The notes below the pieces were generated by a model. It was not told the origin of the DNA, ran no database searches, and saw only the letters and a program-made list of their open reading frames with translations. From NCBI GenBank assembly GCA_918797485.1, contig CAKKNE010000002.1, positions 2,852,001 through 2,916,000 on the forward strand: DNA of 64,000 bases, read 5' to 3'. Made by a program: the position numbers and the translations under genes. Numbering within the stretch: position 1 is the first letter of the stretch; each line of letters opens with the position of its first letter. Source of the stretch: Pelagomonas calceolata (lineage: Eukaryota). Positions 20,155 through 30,098 of this stretch are shown piece by piece.

Positions 20155-21257
20155 TTATACGCCGACCTCTCGGAAGTCCGTCCCGGCGCCGGGCCGCGAA
20201 GGCGCCGGCGGCGACCGGTCCGGGTCGCGGTCCTGGTGGAGCGGGTTCTCCGGCCTGTGTGGAAATCAACCAGTGAGAAATATTGCGGTGGACCTTTGTG
20301 AGCCTCCACGCCATCGAGCCGACGCGGCCACTGGGACAACGTCGCGTCGATGGCGTGGAATCGCCACGCCTTTCCACTCCGGCGCGGGCTCGTGGTCGTC
20401 GAGCTCGTCCGACAGGTCGAGGCGGCCGTAGCGCTGCTCGGCGATCTCGACGCGGTCGGAGCCGCCCGCGGCGCGCTTGACCTTGTTCTTCAGAGCCGAG
20501 GCGCCGCGGCCCGCCGACGCGGCGGCGCGGCGCGCGGCGGCGGCGGCGCGCGTCGCGGCCGAGTTGAGCACGCCCGAGTAGCCGCCCGACGACGCGGGCT
20601 GGGACCCGCTCGAACGCGAGAAGGACGGGAACGACCGTTGGCGCGCGCCGGCGGCGGGCCGCGGCGCGGCGGCGGCCGCGGCGGCGCGGCGGCGGTTCTC
20701 GTGTTGCAGGAAGAGCGCCGTCTGCTGGTCGATCGCGGCGTCGCTCGACCTTGCAGCGGGCGGCGGCCTGCGTTGAAATCAAGGTTCAGGCGGCCCGCTG
20801 CGCTGGTTGATTTATACGCGGAAAAAGACTGCAGGAAGTCGGCGGGCAGCGTGACCAGCTTGCCGCGGCGCGGCGCGCCGTCGCTCGGCGTGACGGTGGC
20901 GCCCCGCGGCGGCGGGATGGTCGCCACGAAGCGGTCGCCGGCGCGCAGGCCCTGCGGGACCGTGACCATGAAGCTCCTTCCGTGCGCCGTCATGCTGAGG
21001 GTGGCGCCGCCGCGCGAGCCCGGCGGCACGACGACGGACACGGCGCCCTGGGGCGCGGCGCCGGCCGCGGCCGGCGGCGACGGCGGCGCGCGAGCGCGGG
21101 CCGCGCGCCAGGCCTCGGGCGAGCCCGCTGAGAGGATCGACTCGGACGCGCGGTTCATGTCGTTGCCGCTCGCCGCGAGGACCTCGGCGAGCGTGGCCTC
21201 GTCCCAGTGCTCGAACATGGCCTTGAGGGTGCCGACGTCAGCGCTGGCGGCGGCCAT
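20155..21257 (-). CDS. CUE-domain protein; exons 21257-20830, 20767-20384 (or 20378) and 20254-20155
   Basis: N-terminal CUE-like LKAMFEHWDEATLAEVLAASGNDMNRASESIL. Splicing out two introner-like introns gives LPADFLQPPP..DQQTALFLQ and ends ..EPAPENPLHQ..FREVGV-stop. Frames were checked manually. Confidence 0.72.
20255..20383 (-). mobile_element. Introner-derived intron with the element reversed relative to the host; one TIR intact
   Basis: CTGTGTGGAAATCAACCAGTG at 20255 is the same end as 4395. Direct repeat CTCCGGC at 20248-20254 and 20377-20383; core GTCGCGTCGATGGCGTGGA. The unspliced frame hits a stop. Confidence 0.8.
20768..20829 (-). mobile_element. Degenerate introner-derived 62-bp GT-AG intron
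   Basis: Minus strand reads GTCTTTTT+CCGCGTATAAATCAACCAG...TTGATTTCAACGCAG. The donor lies exactly 8 nt before the degenerate TIR, and removal restores the frame. Confidence 0.72.
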
Positions 21258-21450
21258 GGTGCTGCGGGTCAGTGAATTTATGGCCTTTGGCTTCTCCCGC
21301 TCGGTCCCTCGGTTTCGCGCGCTGCTGCGGCAAAAACCAGGCAAGGCGTGGAATTCTTAGACGGCTGCTGGTGCAAAGCCACGCCGAAGGCGACCCAAGG
21401 CTGTGTGTCCTGGCCCAACTCCTCGAGAGAGCTTTTGGCCCAGGCTGGAC

Positions 21451-21470
21451 CCTAGTGTCTTGCCGCTAGG
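21451..21470 (+). promoter_or_regulatory. Upstream motif, copy 5 (4-nt deletion; antisense to the nearest gene start)
   Basis: CCTAGTGTCTTGCCGCTAGG. Confidence 0.4.
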
Positions 21471-21529
21471 TCGAAAGAAATCGGACCGTGTAGACAAGCT
21501 GCCCTGCGTCGTCGTACGTCGAGAAAAAG

Positions 21530-22421
21530 TTAGTCCATACTGATCCACGCGAGCCGCCGCGCGACGGACTCCTCGGCGGGGTTCCCGGGTGCGCGGAGAG
21601 CTAGATGTGCCACGATAGTCGTCGCCTTGAGGAATACCGCGAAACCCATACAAATGTAACTGGGACCGGCCCGCATCTTGAGCATATCCGTGTTCGACCG
21701 CGTGCAGTGTTTTTGAAAGGCCAGCATGGGGCCCAGTGCCGTCGAGAACGCGATCAGGCCGACGACGATGCCCATCGCTTTGAAGAAATTTCTGTCCTGT
21801 GTGGAAGAGGTCGTGAACAAGGTCGCAACGCGCGCGCCGACGCGCGTAACGCGGTGACTTCAGACACCGTCCGCGCGCAGTCTCGGGGTTGGCGCGCCGG
21901 TGCGCATAGCGGAGCGTGCCGAGCGTCGCGATCGCGGAGACGATCACCGTGGTCGCCATCTGGCCGACGTCGGACTTGCAGCGCTTGCACCGGTCGACGT
22001 CGCCGTGCGGTTTTGTCCTGTTCGGCTGGTTGGGCGTGATGGCGTACTTGTGGCAGTCGACGCGCCCCCAATGGTCCTCGAAGACTTTGTGGCTGCCGTC
22101 GAAGCCGACCGCCGTCGTAAGGCCGAAGTACGCCGTGTCGCCGCGGAAGCCGGCGCGAACGTCGCCTACCGCCCAGGCCGTCGGCTTGATGACCTTGGCG
22201 TCCGTCGAGAGGGCGAAGAGGGCGTACACGTTGAGCAAGAGGGCGAGCACCCCGGCGACCGCCACCGCGATCATCAGCGGCCTTCGCTCGATGCCGCACG
22301 GCCGATACGACCCGACGCGGCCGAGTTCGTGGCAGAGCTTCGAGGATTCAAGGCACGCCGCGACCCGCGGGCATTTTTCCGGGTCGAGGCACGGCGGCGG
22401 CTTTTGCTCCTTCTCCGACAT
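21530..22421 (-). CDS. Four-TM membrane protein (claudin-like topology); exons 22421-21879 and 21796-21530
   Basis: Four hydrophobic segments with a Cys-containing first loop. An 82-bp GC-AG intron joins ..RRANPET|DRNFFKAMG in frame. Confidence 0.65.
21797..21878 (-). mobile_element. Degenerate introner-like GC-AG intron (82 bp)
   Basis: Ends in TTCCACACAG (the TIR end); CGGTGTCTGAAGTCA, resembling the 5' TIR, lies 9 nt after the GC donor. Confidence 0.6.
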
Positions 22422-22695
22422 CTGCTCTGCGAGCAACGCAGGCTCCTGCAAGGTTACCAAGGTACTAGTGGGAGGGCAGTTACAACTTACAAGAGCCTCG
22501 GCGGCGGCGCTTTGTGATATGAGACAACAGCGGTGAACGAGCGAAAACGCACACGCGGCTGAATGAATAGCCTGCCTACGCCGGATTTGATTGCATGATG
22601 GTCAGCCTGGAAAACCCGTCACCTCCCCGTACCGACTTCCGTCGTAGTAATTTAGGCGCCCCCCCCCAACAGAGGAGCGCGGCGCGAACCCCTAA

Positions 22696-23403
22696 CTAGT
22701 CCGTGCGCTCCTTGCGCTTCATCCAGGGCAGCTTGCCGATGTTGTGCTCGATGAAGGCGTACATCTGCGGCAGCGCCACGCTGATGCCGACCAGCGAGAA
22801 GACCTGCGTGCAGATGGCCGGCGACATGTACTTCATGTCGTGGAGGTCGTACGTCTCCCAGATGTATTTGGTGGCGCGCGCCGCGAGCAGGGGCACGATG
22901 ACCAAGACCATGAGCACGTGGGCGGCGACGCGCGCGGCGATGTCCTGCAACAACAGCGCCATGATGGCCCCAAAGGCCTCGCGGTCCACGAGGTTCGAGC
23001 CGGAGACCTGGCGGACGTGGAGTCGGATCGAGGACATCTTCGGCGGCTTCAGGCCCTTGATCTGCGACGCGAGCTTCACGTATACCAAAAGGACCGCCGC
23101 ATAAATCTCGATCGCGGACAGCCGCCCGTTGCTGTCGAGGTCCACAGCATTGTAGGCGCCTTCCACGATCTTCTGGAAGGTCTTCGAGCGCGTGATCCAG
23201 TTCTTCTTCTTGTGGATCTTCTCGCGCTCGGCCTTGCACTGGGCCTCCTCGGCGTGGCGATCGACCGCGGTGTGGGGCGTCACCGCGCCCGCGCGGGCGG
23301 CGTCCTCGCGGAGCTCGTCCCGGAGCATGGCCTTCATGCTCTCGCCGTGGCTGTACTTATGATGCTTCTTCTTCTGGCCCTTGGTCGACGAGAACAACCC
23401 CAT
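22696..23403 (-). CDS. EF-hand-containing membrane protein
   Basis: EF-hand loop DLDSNGRLSAIE followed by hydrophobic helices. Confidence 0.7.
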   Translation of the reverse strand: MGLFSSTKGQKKKHHKYSHGESMKAMLRDELREDAARAGAVTPHTAVDRHAEEAQCKAEREKIHKKKNWITRSKTFQKIVEGAYNAVDLDSNGRLSAIEIYAAVLLVYVKLASQIKGLKPPKMSSIRLHVRQVSGSNLVDREAFGAIMALLLQDIAARVAAHVLMVLVIVPLLAARATKYIWETYDLHDMKYMSPAICTQVFSLVGISVALPQMYAFIEHNIGKLPWMKRKERTD

Positions 23404-23728
23404 GGCTGAAGCCTAGTTGTCTTTTGGCAGTGGGACAACAATTGCTGCTTTGCGGCGGTCGCGCGTCAGGATGCAGAGGGCTGCTGTTGTGACGCTGCGG
23501 CGCAAATGGAGGCTGCCCGACGAAGCGTACGATTTATCAATCGACGTTTATTTGCGTCGCCGTGGCCCAAAGCTTGGCACACAAGGATGCCGTCCTCTCG
23601 CATGTTGCGCGAGGGGTGTCCCGCGCGGAGGTCTTCCTGAGCCTTAGGCCAATGATAATTGGGTTACAAATACTCCTCACATCTTATATGAGGCACGTGT
23701 ACTCCTCCCATTCGCACCTGCCTCAGGG

Positions 23729-23771
23729 CAGGGGCTCCGCCCACCAGTCTAGCACCGTAAGTGACATATCC
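23729..23771. repeat. Dispersed 3'-flank repeat, partial copy
   Basis: CAGGGGCTCCGCCCACCAGTCTAGCACCGTAA matches 38851-38883. Confidence 0.6.
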
Positions 23772-23871
23772 CGGCCGGCAACGGGATAGTCATAACAGAA
23801 ACAACAGGAGAATCCCCGGGAGCAGGAATAGAACGACAGTATGTTAGGCGTCGGGAGAGAGGAGGAGTCTT

Positions 23872-26800
23872 CTAGAGCGCCATCGTCTGGTGCTGGTGCC
23901 CCGCGGCGTAGTACTCCATGCCGTGCAGCACGAGCCGCGTCTGCGCGAGCTCCTTCTTGAGAGAAGCCACCTCGTCGACGAGGCCGTCGCGCTGAGACCG
24001 GAGGTCGCCGTTCGCGCGGCGGAGCGCGTGGTACTCGTCGCGGCCCTTGGCCACGAGCGCGCGCCGCGCGTCGCGGTTCTCGGCGCCGCCGGCAACGAGC
24101 GCCTGGAACGCCTTCGTCGGCGTCGCCGGCGACCGTGCCGCCGGCGACCGTTGCGCGGGCGACCGTGCGGTCCGCGGCCGGAGCGGCGACTTCGTAGAGG
24201 TCGCCGGCTTCTTGCGCGCGGCGGCCTTCGCCAACTGCGCGCGCTCGCGCTCCGCGGCGGCGAGCTGCTGGAGCGTGTCGGCGTGGGCCCGCTCGAGCCG
24301 GTCCGCGCGCTCGCGCTCGCGGCGCGCCGTCCGCTCGGCCTCGGCCGCGCGCGACGCCTCGCGGTCCGCCGCGCGGGCCTCGGCGGCGCGCAGTTGCGCG
24401 GCGTGGTCGCGCTCGAGGCGTTGAATGCGTGCGTCGTGCTCCGCCTGGGCGGCGGCGACGGCCTCGGCGACGGCGCGGGCGTCCGGCGCCGCGGTCGATC
24501 CGCGGCCGCCAGCGTCAACGAGCGCTGCGACGGCGCGGTCGCGCTCGGCCCCGACGCGGCGCACCTGAGCCTCGGCGGCCTCAGCCAATGCATCAGCCCT
24601 CCGCTTCTCCTCCTCCCGCGCCACGCGTGCGGCATCTCGCTCATCTCTATATCTCCGCAGCTGGACCTGGAGGGCGTCTCGCGTCCGCGCCTCGGCAGCG
24701 AGCGCGTCGGCAACGCGGTCTGCCGCCGCCTCGACGTGGGCGTCGCCGCGCGCGGCGCGTCGTACGGCCTCGACGGCCGCCGCGCGCTCGGGCGCCGCCG
24801 CCGACGGGAACGACGCCGCCGTGAGGTCGTCGTCGTCGCTCGCCTCGGTCGCGTCAGCGCGCGCGCGCGCCGCAGCCACCGCGGCTTTTGCGGCCGCCGC
24901 CTCGACTCTCGCCTCCTCGGCCGCGGCGGTCTGTGCGTCGGCCTCTGTTCTCGCGTCGTCGAGCGCGCCGCGCAGCTTTTCTGCCTCGGCGCGAGCCGCG
25001 TCGCGTTCCCGCGTGGCCGCAGCGGCCGCTTCTGTCGAAGCTTGGTCGCCGGCCGCGCGCGCGTCCGCCGCCGCCGCGATGGCGTCGTCCGCGCGTTTTG
25101 TTGCGTCGTCGCGCGCGCGCTCGGCCGCCGCGACCGCTTCGGACGCGGCCTTCGCCGCGGCCTCGCGCTCAGAAATCGCAGCGCGCTCTGCTTCTTGGGC
25201 TCGCGCGAGCGCCGCCGCCAGCGCCTCGGCCTTCTCGACGGCCGCGGCAGCGTCGCGGGCGGCGGCCTCCGACGCGGCCTCGGCCCGCGCCAGCGCCGCA
25301 CCCAATCGCTCAATCTCAGCTCGGTGCGCGTCAGCCTGTTCCGCGAGGCGCTTCTCGACGTCTTGCGCCGACCCGTCGGCCGCGGCACGGGCGTCGCGCC
25401 TCGCCGCGTCGGCCGCGAGCGCGAGCTCCTCGGCGCGTAAGACGGCGGCGTCCCGGTCGCGGGCGGCCTCACCGAGCTCCCGCTCCAGTCGCCGCCGGTC
25501 CTCGTCCGAGGCGACGCGCGCCCGCCTAGCGTCCTCCGCGGCCGTCTCGTGCGACGCGCGCGCGGCCTCGGCCTCCGACCGCTCCGTCGCTCGCCGCGCC
25601 TCGTCCGCGGCCCGGCGCTCGGCCTCGGCGCGGTTCGCCGCCGCGGCCGCGTCGGCGAGGGCCGTGCACTCGCGCCGGGCGGCGTCGCGGTCGGCCTCGC
25701 ACGCCGCCAGCGCCGCCGCCAACCGAGTGTGCTCGCCCCGGGCGTCGCTCGCCGCGCGCTCGGCCGCGGCCGCCTTCTGGCTCGCCGCTCGTAGCGTCGC
25801 CGCGCGCCGCTCGGCCTCGCGCACGGCCGCAGCGTCGCGGGCCCGCGCGGTCGACGCCGCGTCTTCGGCCGACGCGCGCGCGTCGTCGACGGCGGCCTGC
25901 GCCGCCGCCAGCTCCGTCTCCGTCCGCGCCTTCGCATCGGCGAGGCGGTCGACCTCGGTTCGCAACGCGTCGGCCTCCAAGGCGAGGCGCGTCGCCTCGG
26001 CCCGCGCCGCCCCACACGCGGCTTCCGAGGCCCGCCGCGCGGCTGTTTCCTTGTCTACACCGGCCTCGGCTGTCGTCGCCCGCGCCTCGAGCGCCTTTGT
26101 TACCGCGCGCGCCTCGACCAGTTCCGCCGCGTGGCGCGCGGCGGCCGACCGGGCCTCTTCCCTCACTTGGTAGAGGTCTTCCTCTAAACCGGCGGCGGCG
26201 GCGTGCGCCTGTGTCGCGTCGGCCTCGGCCTCGCGCGCGCGCACGGCCGCGGCCTCGGCGCCGGCCGCGGCCGCCTCAAGCGCGTCCTCGAGCTCGACGA
26301 CCCGCCCAGCAGCGGCCATGGCCTCGTCCTCGGCGTCGCGGGCGCGGCGCTCCGCCTCGTCGGCCAGCTGCCGCGCGGCGGCGACGCGCGCGGCGCCCTC
26401 CTCCGTCGACGCGGCGGCGGCCGCGGCGAGCTCGGCCGTAAGCGCCGAGCGCCCGGCGTCGGCCTCCCGGAGCCGCGCCGCGAGCGCGTCGCGCTCGCGC
26501 GCCGCCTGGGCCACGGCCCGCGCCGCGGCCGAGCGGCCCGCGTCAGCCTCCTCCGCGCGGGCCCGGGCGGCCGCGGCCGCGGCCTCGAGCCGCGTCTTCT
26601 CGGCGGCGACGCGCCCGATTTCGTCGCGCAGGCCGCCCGCGACGGCCCGGGCCTGCTCGAGCTCCGCGCGGAACGAGGCGCCTAGTTCGCCGACGTCGCG
26701 TGCCGTCGCCGCCGCGTGCGCGTCGAGCTGTGCTGCCGTGGTGTTTTGATGGGCGGCCGCGTCGGCCTCGGCGCGCCGGAGCCTCTCCGCGAGCTCGGCC

Positions 26801-29650
26801 GCGCGCCCTTCGGCGGCCTTGGTCGCGGCCTGGGCGTCTTGCACCGCGATCCGCGCCGCCTCGAGCTGCTGCGACGCGTCGTCGCGCAGGCACCGCTCGG
26901 CCGCGTCGCGCTGCGCCCGCGCCTCGAGCACGGCGGCGTCCGCCGCCGCGAGCCGCCTTCTAAGATCCTCCACGACACCTTCGTGGTCCCGCGCCGCCGC
27001 GGCCCGCCGCGCCTCGGCCGCGGCCAGGTCCAGCATAAGGCCCGCCTCGGTCGCGTCGCGCGCGGCGACCGCCGCCTCCGCGGCGCGCACGCGCTGCCGC
27101 AGGTCCGCCGCGCCGGCGCGCGCCGCGGCGTGGGCCGCCGCGACCTCGTCGCGCGCCGCGGCGACCTCCTCCTTCAGCGTCCGCAGCGCGTCGTCGCCCT
27201 CGTCGACGCCGCGCGCCGCGGCGGCCCGCGCCTCGGCCAGCGAGGCCCGCAGGTCGTCCTCGACGGCCGCCGCCGCGAAGGCGTGGTCCTCGACGGCGCC
27301 CTCGGCGTCGGCGACGCGCGCGCGCAGGTCTTTCTCCGTTGCCGCGAAGCGCGCCTCCGTCTCCGCCGCCGCCGCCCGCGCCGCGTCGAGCTCCGCGCGC
27401 AGCGCAATGAAGTCGGCGTCCGCTTGCGTCGCGTCCGCCCGAAGTTCCGTCGCTTCGTCTTCCCTCGCCGCCAGCGCCGCCTCGGCGACCTCGAGCCGCT
27501 CTCGGAGGTCGCCCTCCGTGGCGGCGCGCGCGGCGGCGCCCCGCTCGAACGCGGCGAGCGACGCTTCCAGGGCCTCCTTCTCCGCCGCGAGCGCCGCCGC
27601 GTCGCGCCGGGCCGCCTCGAGCTGGGCCTCGAGGTCCCGCACGGTCTCGTCGGCCGCGGCGGTCCGTTCGCCCTCCAGCTCCGCGACGCGCCGCTCCGCG
27701 GCCGCGAGCGCGTCTTCCAGCCGCGCCGCGGCGGCGGCGGCCTTGGACCGGTCGTCGTCGCGGTCGCGCTTTTCCGCCGCCAGACGCCGGTCCGCCGCGG
27801 CCGCGCGCGCCTCGGCAGCGTCGGCCCGCGTCCGCAGCTCGTCGGCCCGCGCCAGGATGGCGTCGGCGCGCTTCGCCGTCTCGATCGCCGTCGCTTGTAG
27901 TGCAGCGACCTCGGCCGCGGCCGGCTGGGGCGTTTCGGGCACCGGCGTCATCGGCGCGGTCGCCGCGTCGGCCGCGGCCGCCTCGCTCTTCGCCTCGCGG
28001 CCGCGCAGCGCGAGCGCCGCGAGCGCCGCGGCGCGCGAGGCCGTCGTCGCCTCGAGCGCGTTCCGCAGCGCGGCGGACGCGTCCTCCTCGGCCGCGAGCG
28101 CCGCGCGCGCGTCCGCGAGCTTGGCCTCGAGCGCGGCCGTCGCCTCGGCGGCCGCGCGGCGGGCGCCCCAGGCCGGCAGGCCCCAGCGCCGCGGCGCGGG
28201 CGGCACGGCCGCGGCCTCGGCCGCGTCGAGCGCGGCGCGGAGCCGCTCGACGTCGGCGTCGCGCGCGGCGATCTCGGCGCGCAGGTCCGCGGCGAGCGCG
28301 TCGTCGGCGCCGGGGGCGGCCGTCGGGATCGGCGCCTGGGCGGCGCGCCGGCGCGCCGCGTCCGCCGCGGCGGCCCCGGCCGCGGCGACGGCCGCCGCCA
28401 GGGCCTCGTGGAGCCGGTCGTTCTCGGCCGCGAGCGCGTCGGCGCGCCGCGCCGCGCCCGCGGCGCCGCGCGCGGCGCCGCCGGCCCGGAGCCGCGCGAC
28501 CTCGTCGCGGAGCGCGCCGGCCTCGGCCGCGCGCGCCGCGGCGTCGGCGCCCGCGCGCGCGAGCGCGTCGAAGTTCGCGTAGCTCTCGGCGAGGAGCGCC
28601 TGGAGCCGCGCGACCTCGCGCTGCGCCTCGGCGCGGGCCTCGGCCGTCTGCGCGAGGCGGTCGCAGGCGAGCAGCGTGTTCTTCTTCTGCTCCTTGGCGT
28701 CGCGCTTCGCGCCGTCGAGCGCGGACTTGGCGTCGGCCGCGGCGGCGCGGAGCGCGGCGACCTGGGCCTCGGCCCGCTCAGCGCGGCCGTCGGCGCGGTC
28801 CGCGTTCGTGGCGAGCGCGTCGGCGGCCGTCGACCTGTGTGGAAATCAAAATTTTACGGCGCGTTCGCGCTGAATCATCGCGTCGTCCTCCACGCCATCG
28901 ACGCGACGCCTGCTCGCCCGACACACTGGTCGATTTCCACACAGCCGTCGACTGCGCCGCGACGGCCGTGGCCGTGGACCGGAGCTCGTTGAGGACGGCC
29001 GCGAGGCTCTCCTCGCTGCGGCCCGCGGCACCGAGCGACCGCGCGTGCTCCGAGCGGAGCCAGTCGCGCTCCGACCGCAGGCGCGCTGCCGCGGCGCCCG
29101 CCTCAGCGACGTCGGCCTCGCGGCGGACGGCGAGGTCGAGCTCGCGGGCGAGCTGCGCCTTGAGGGCCGGGAGGCCCGCCGCCACCGCGGCGCGCCGCGC
29201 GCTCGACGCGGCCGTCGCTTCCGCGGCCCGCGCCTCGCTCGCTTGCAGCGTTTCCTTGAGGTCCTTGAGCTGGGCCTGGAGCGCCTTGTTCTCGGCGAAG
29301 AGCGCCTCGGCCTCCTCGCGGCGGTCGTCCGACTCCAGGACGACGTCGGCCATGGCGTCCTCCAGGGCGCGGCACTTGCCCTCGAGCTGGGCGAGCACGC
29401 GCGGCCCGGCGAGCGCCTGGGCCTTGAGGCGTCGGTACTGCTCGAGCAGGCGCTTGCCGTCGGCGATGGACAGCTGGCGCCGGGCTTCACCGCCGCTGCT
29501 GCTCGTCGAGACTGACGCGGCGTCCGGGAGACGAGCAGCAGCGGCGTCCGGGAGCGGCTGCGTCGCGTCGGTGGAGGCGGAGAAGGGGTGGTGGCCCGGC
29601 GGGGGCGGCGGCGGTGTTGTTTGCGCTGGTGGCGCCATCATCGTTGCCAT
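23872..29650 (-). CDS. Very large Ala/Arg/Glu-rich coiled-coil protein (about 1886 aa); exons 29650-28953 and 28834-23872
   Basis: ORFs 28778-29650 and 23872-28206 join in frame once the 118-bp introner intron is removed (..VAAQ|STAADALATNADRADGRAERAEAQV..). Confidence 0.8.
28835..28944 (-). mobile_element. Introner (110 bp) forming intron 28952-28835
   Basis: TIRs CTGTGTGGAAATC / GATTTCCACACAG; perfect 8-bp TSD CCGTCGAC at 28827-28834 and 28945-28952. Closely similar to 4395-4591 but lacking an 87-bp internal segment. Confidence 0.95.
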
Positions 29651-30098
29651 TTCAGCGTGTGGGGCGGCACTCGCGTTTGCGGCGCAGCGTTTTTTTTGGG
29701 CTTACAACTGTTATCGGTTTTGCCCGTCCCAGCGCCGTTATCGCTCGTCTCTGCGTCGCTACGGCTCGCAGCACGTCCCAGCACCCTCGCGCGCGCAGTG
29801 GACTGGCTGGTTACTTGTCAGCAGGCGTGATCACGGCCACCGTTGCTGCTGCAGGGCTTCACGCTGTGCCGCAGCCAGCCGCCAGCCCGAACTAACCTCC
29901 GGCTCAGGAGGTGAGCTTTAGACATATCCAGACATGCCGTGGACCCATGCGGAGCGGAAACAGAATTTTTTTAATTTGCAAAATCACCGCGCGGCAGCAG
30001 CATTACACCATACGCTCCGAGCTTTCTGGTCCCCACCGAGTACGAGTATTCTTTGTAAACAGACACATACACACCACCCGCGCCGGCGACGGCGGAAA

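Noticed and set aside
23844..29921. Many long overlapping Arg/Ala/Ser-rich ORFs on both strands
   Set aside because: These are shadow frames of a very GC-rich coiled-coil gene, where stop codons are naturally rare.
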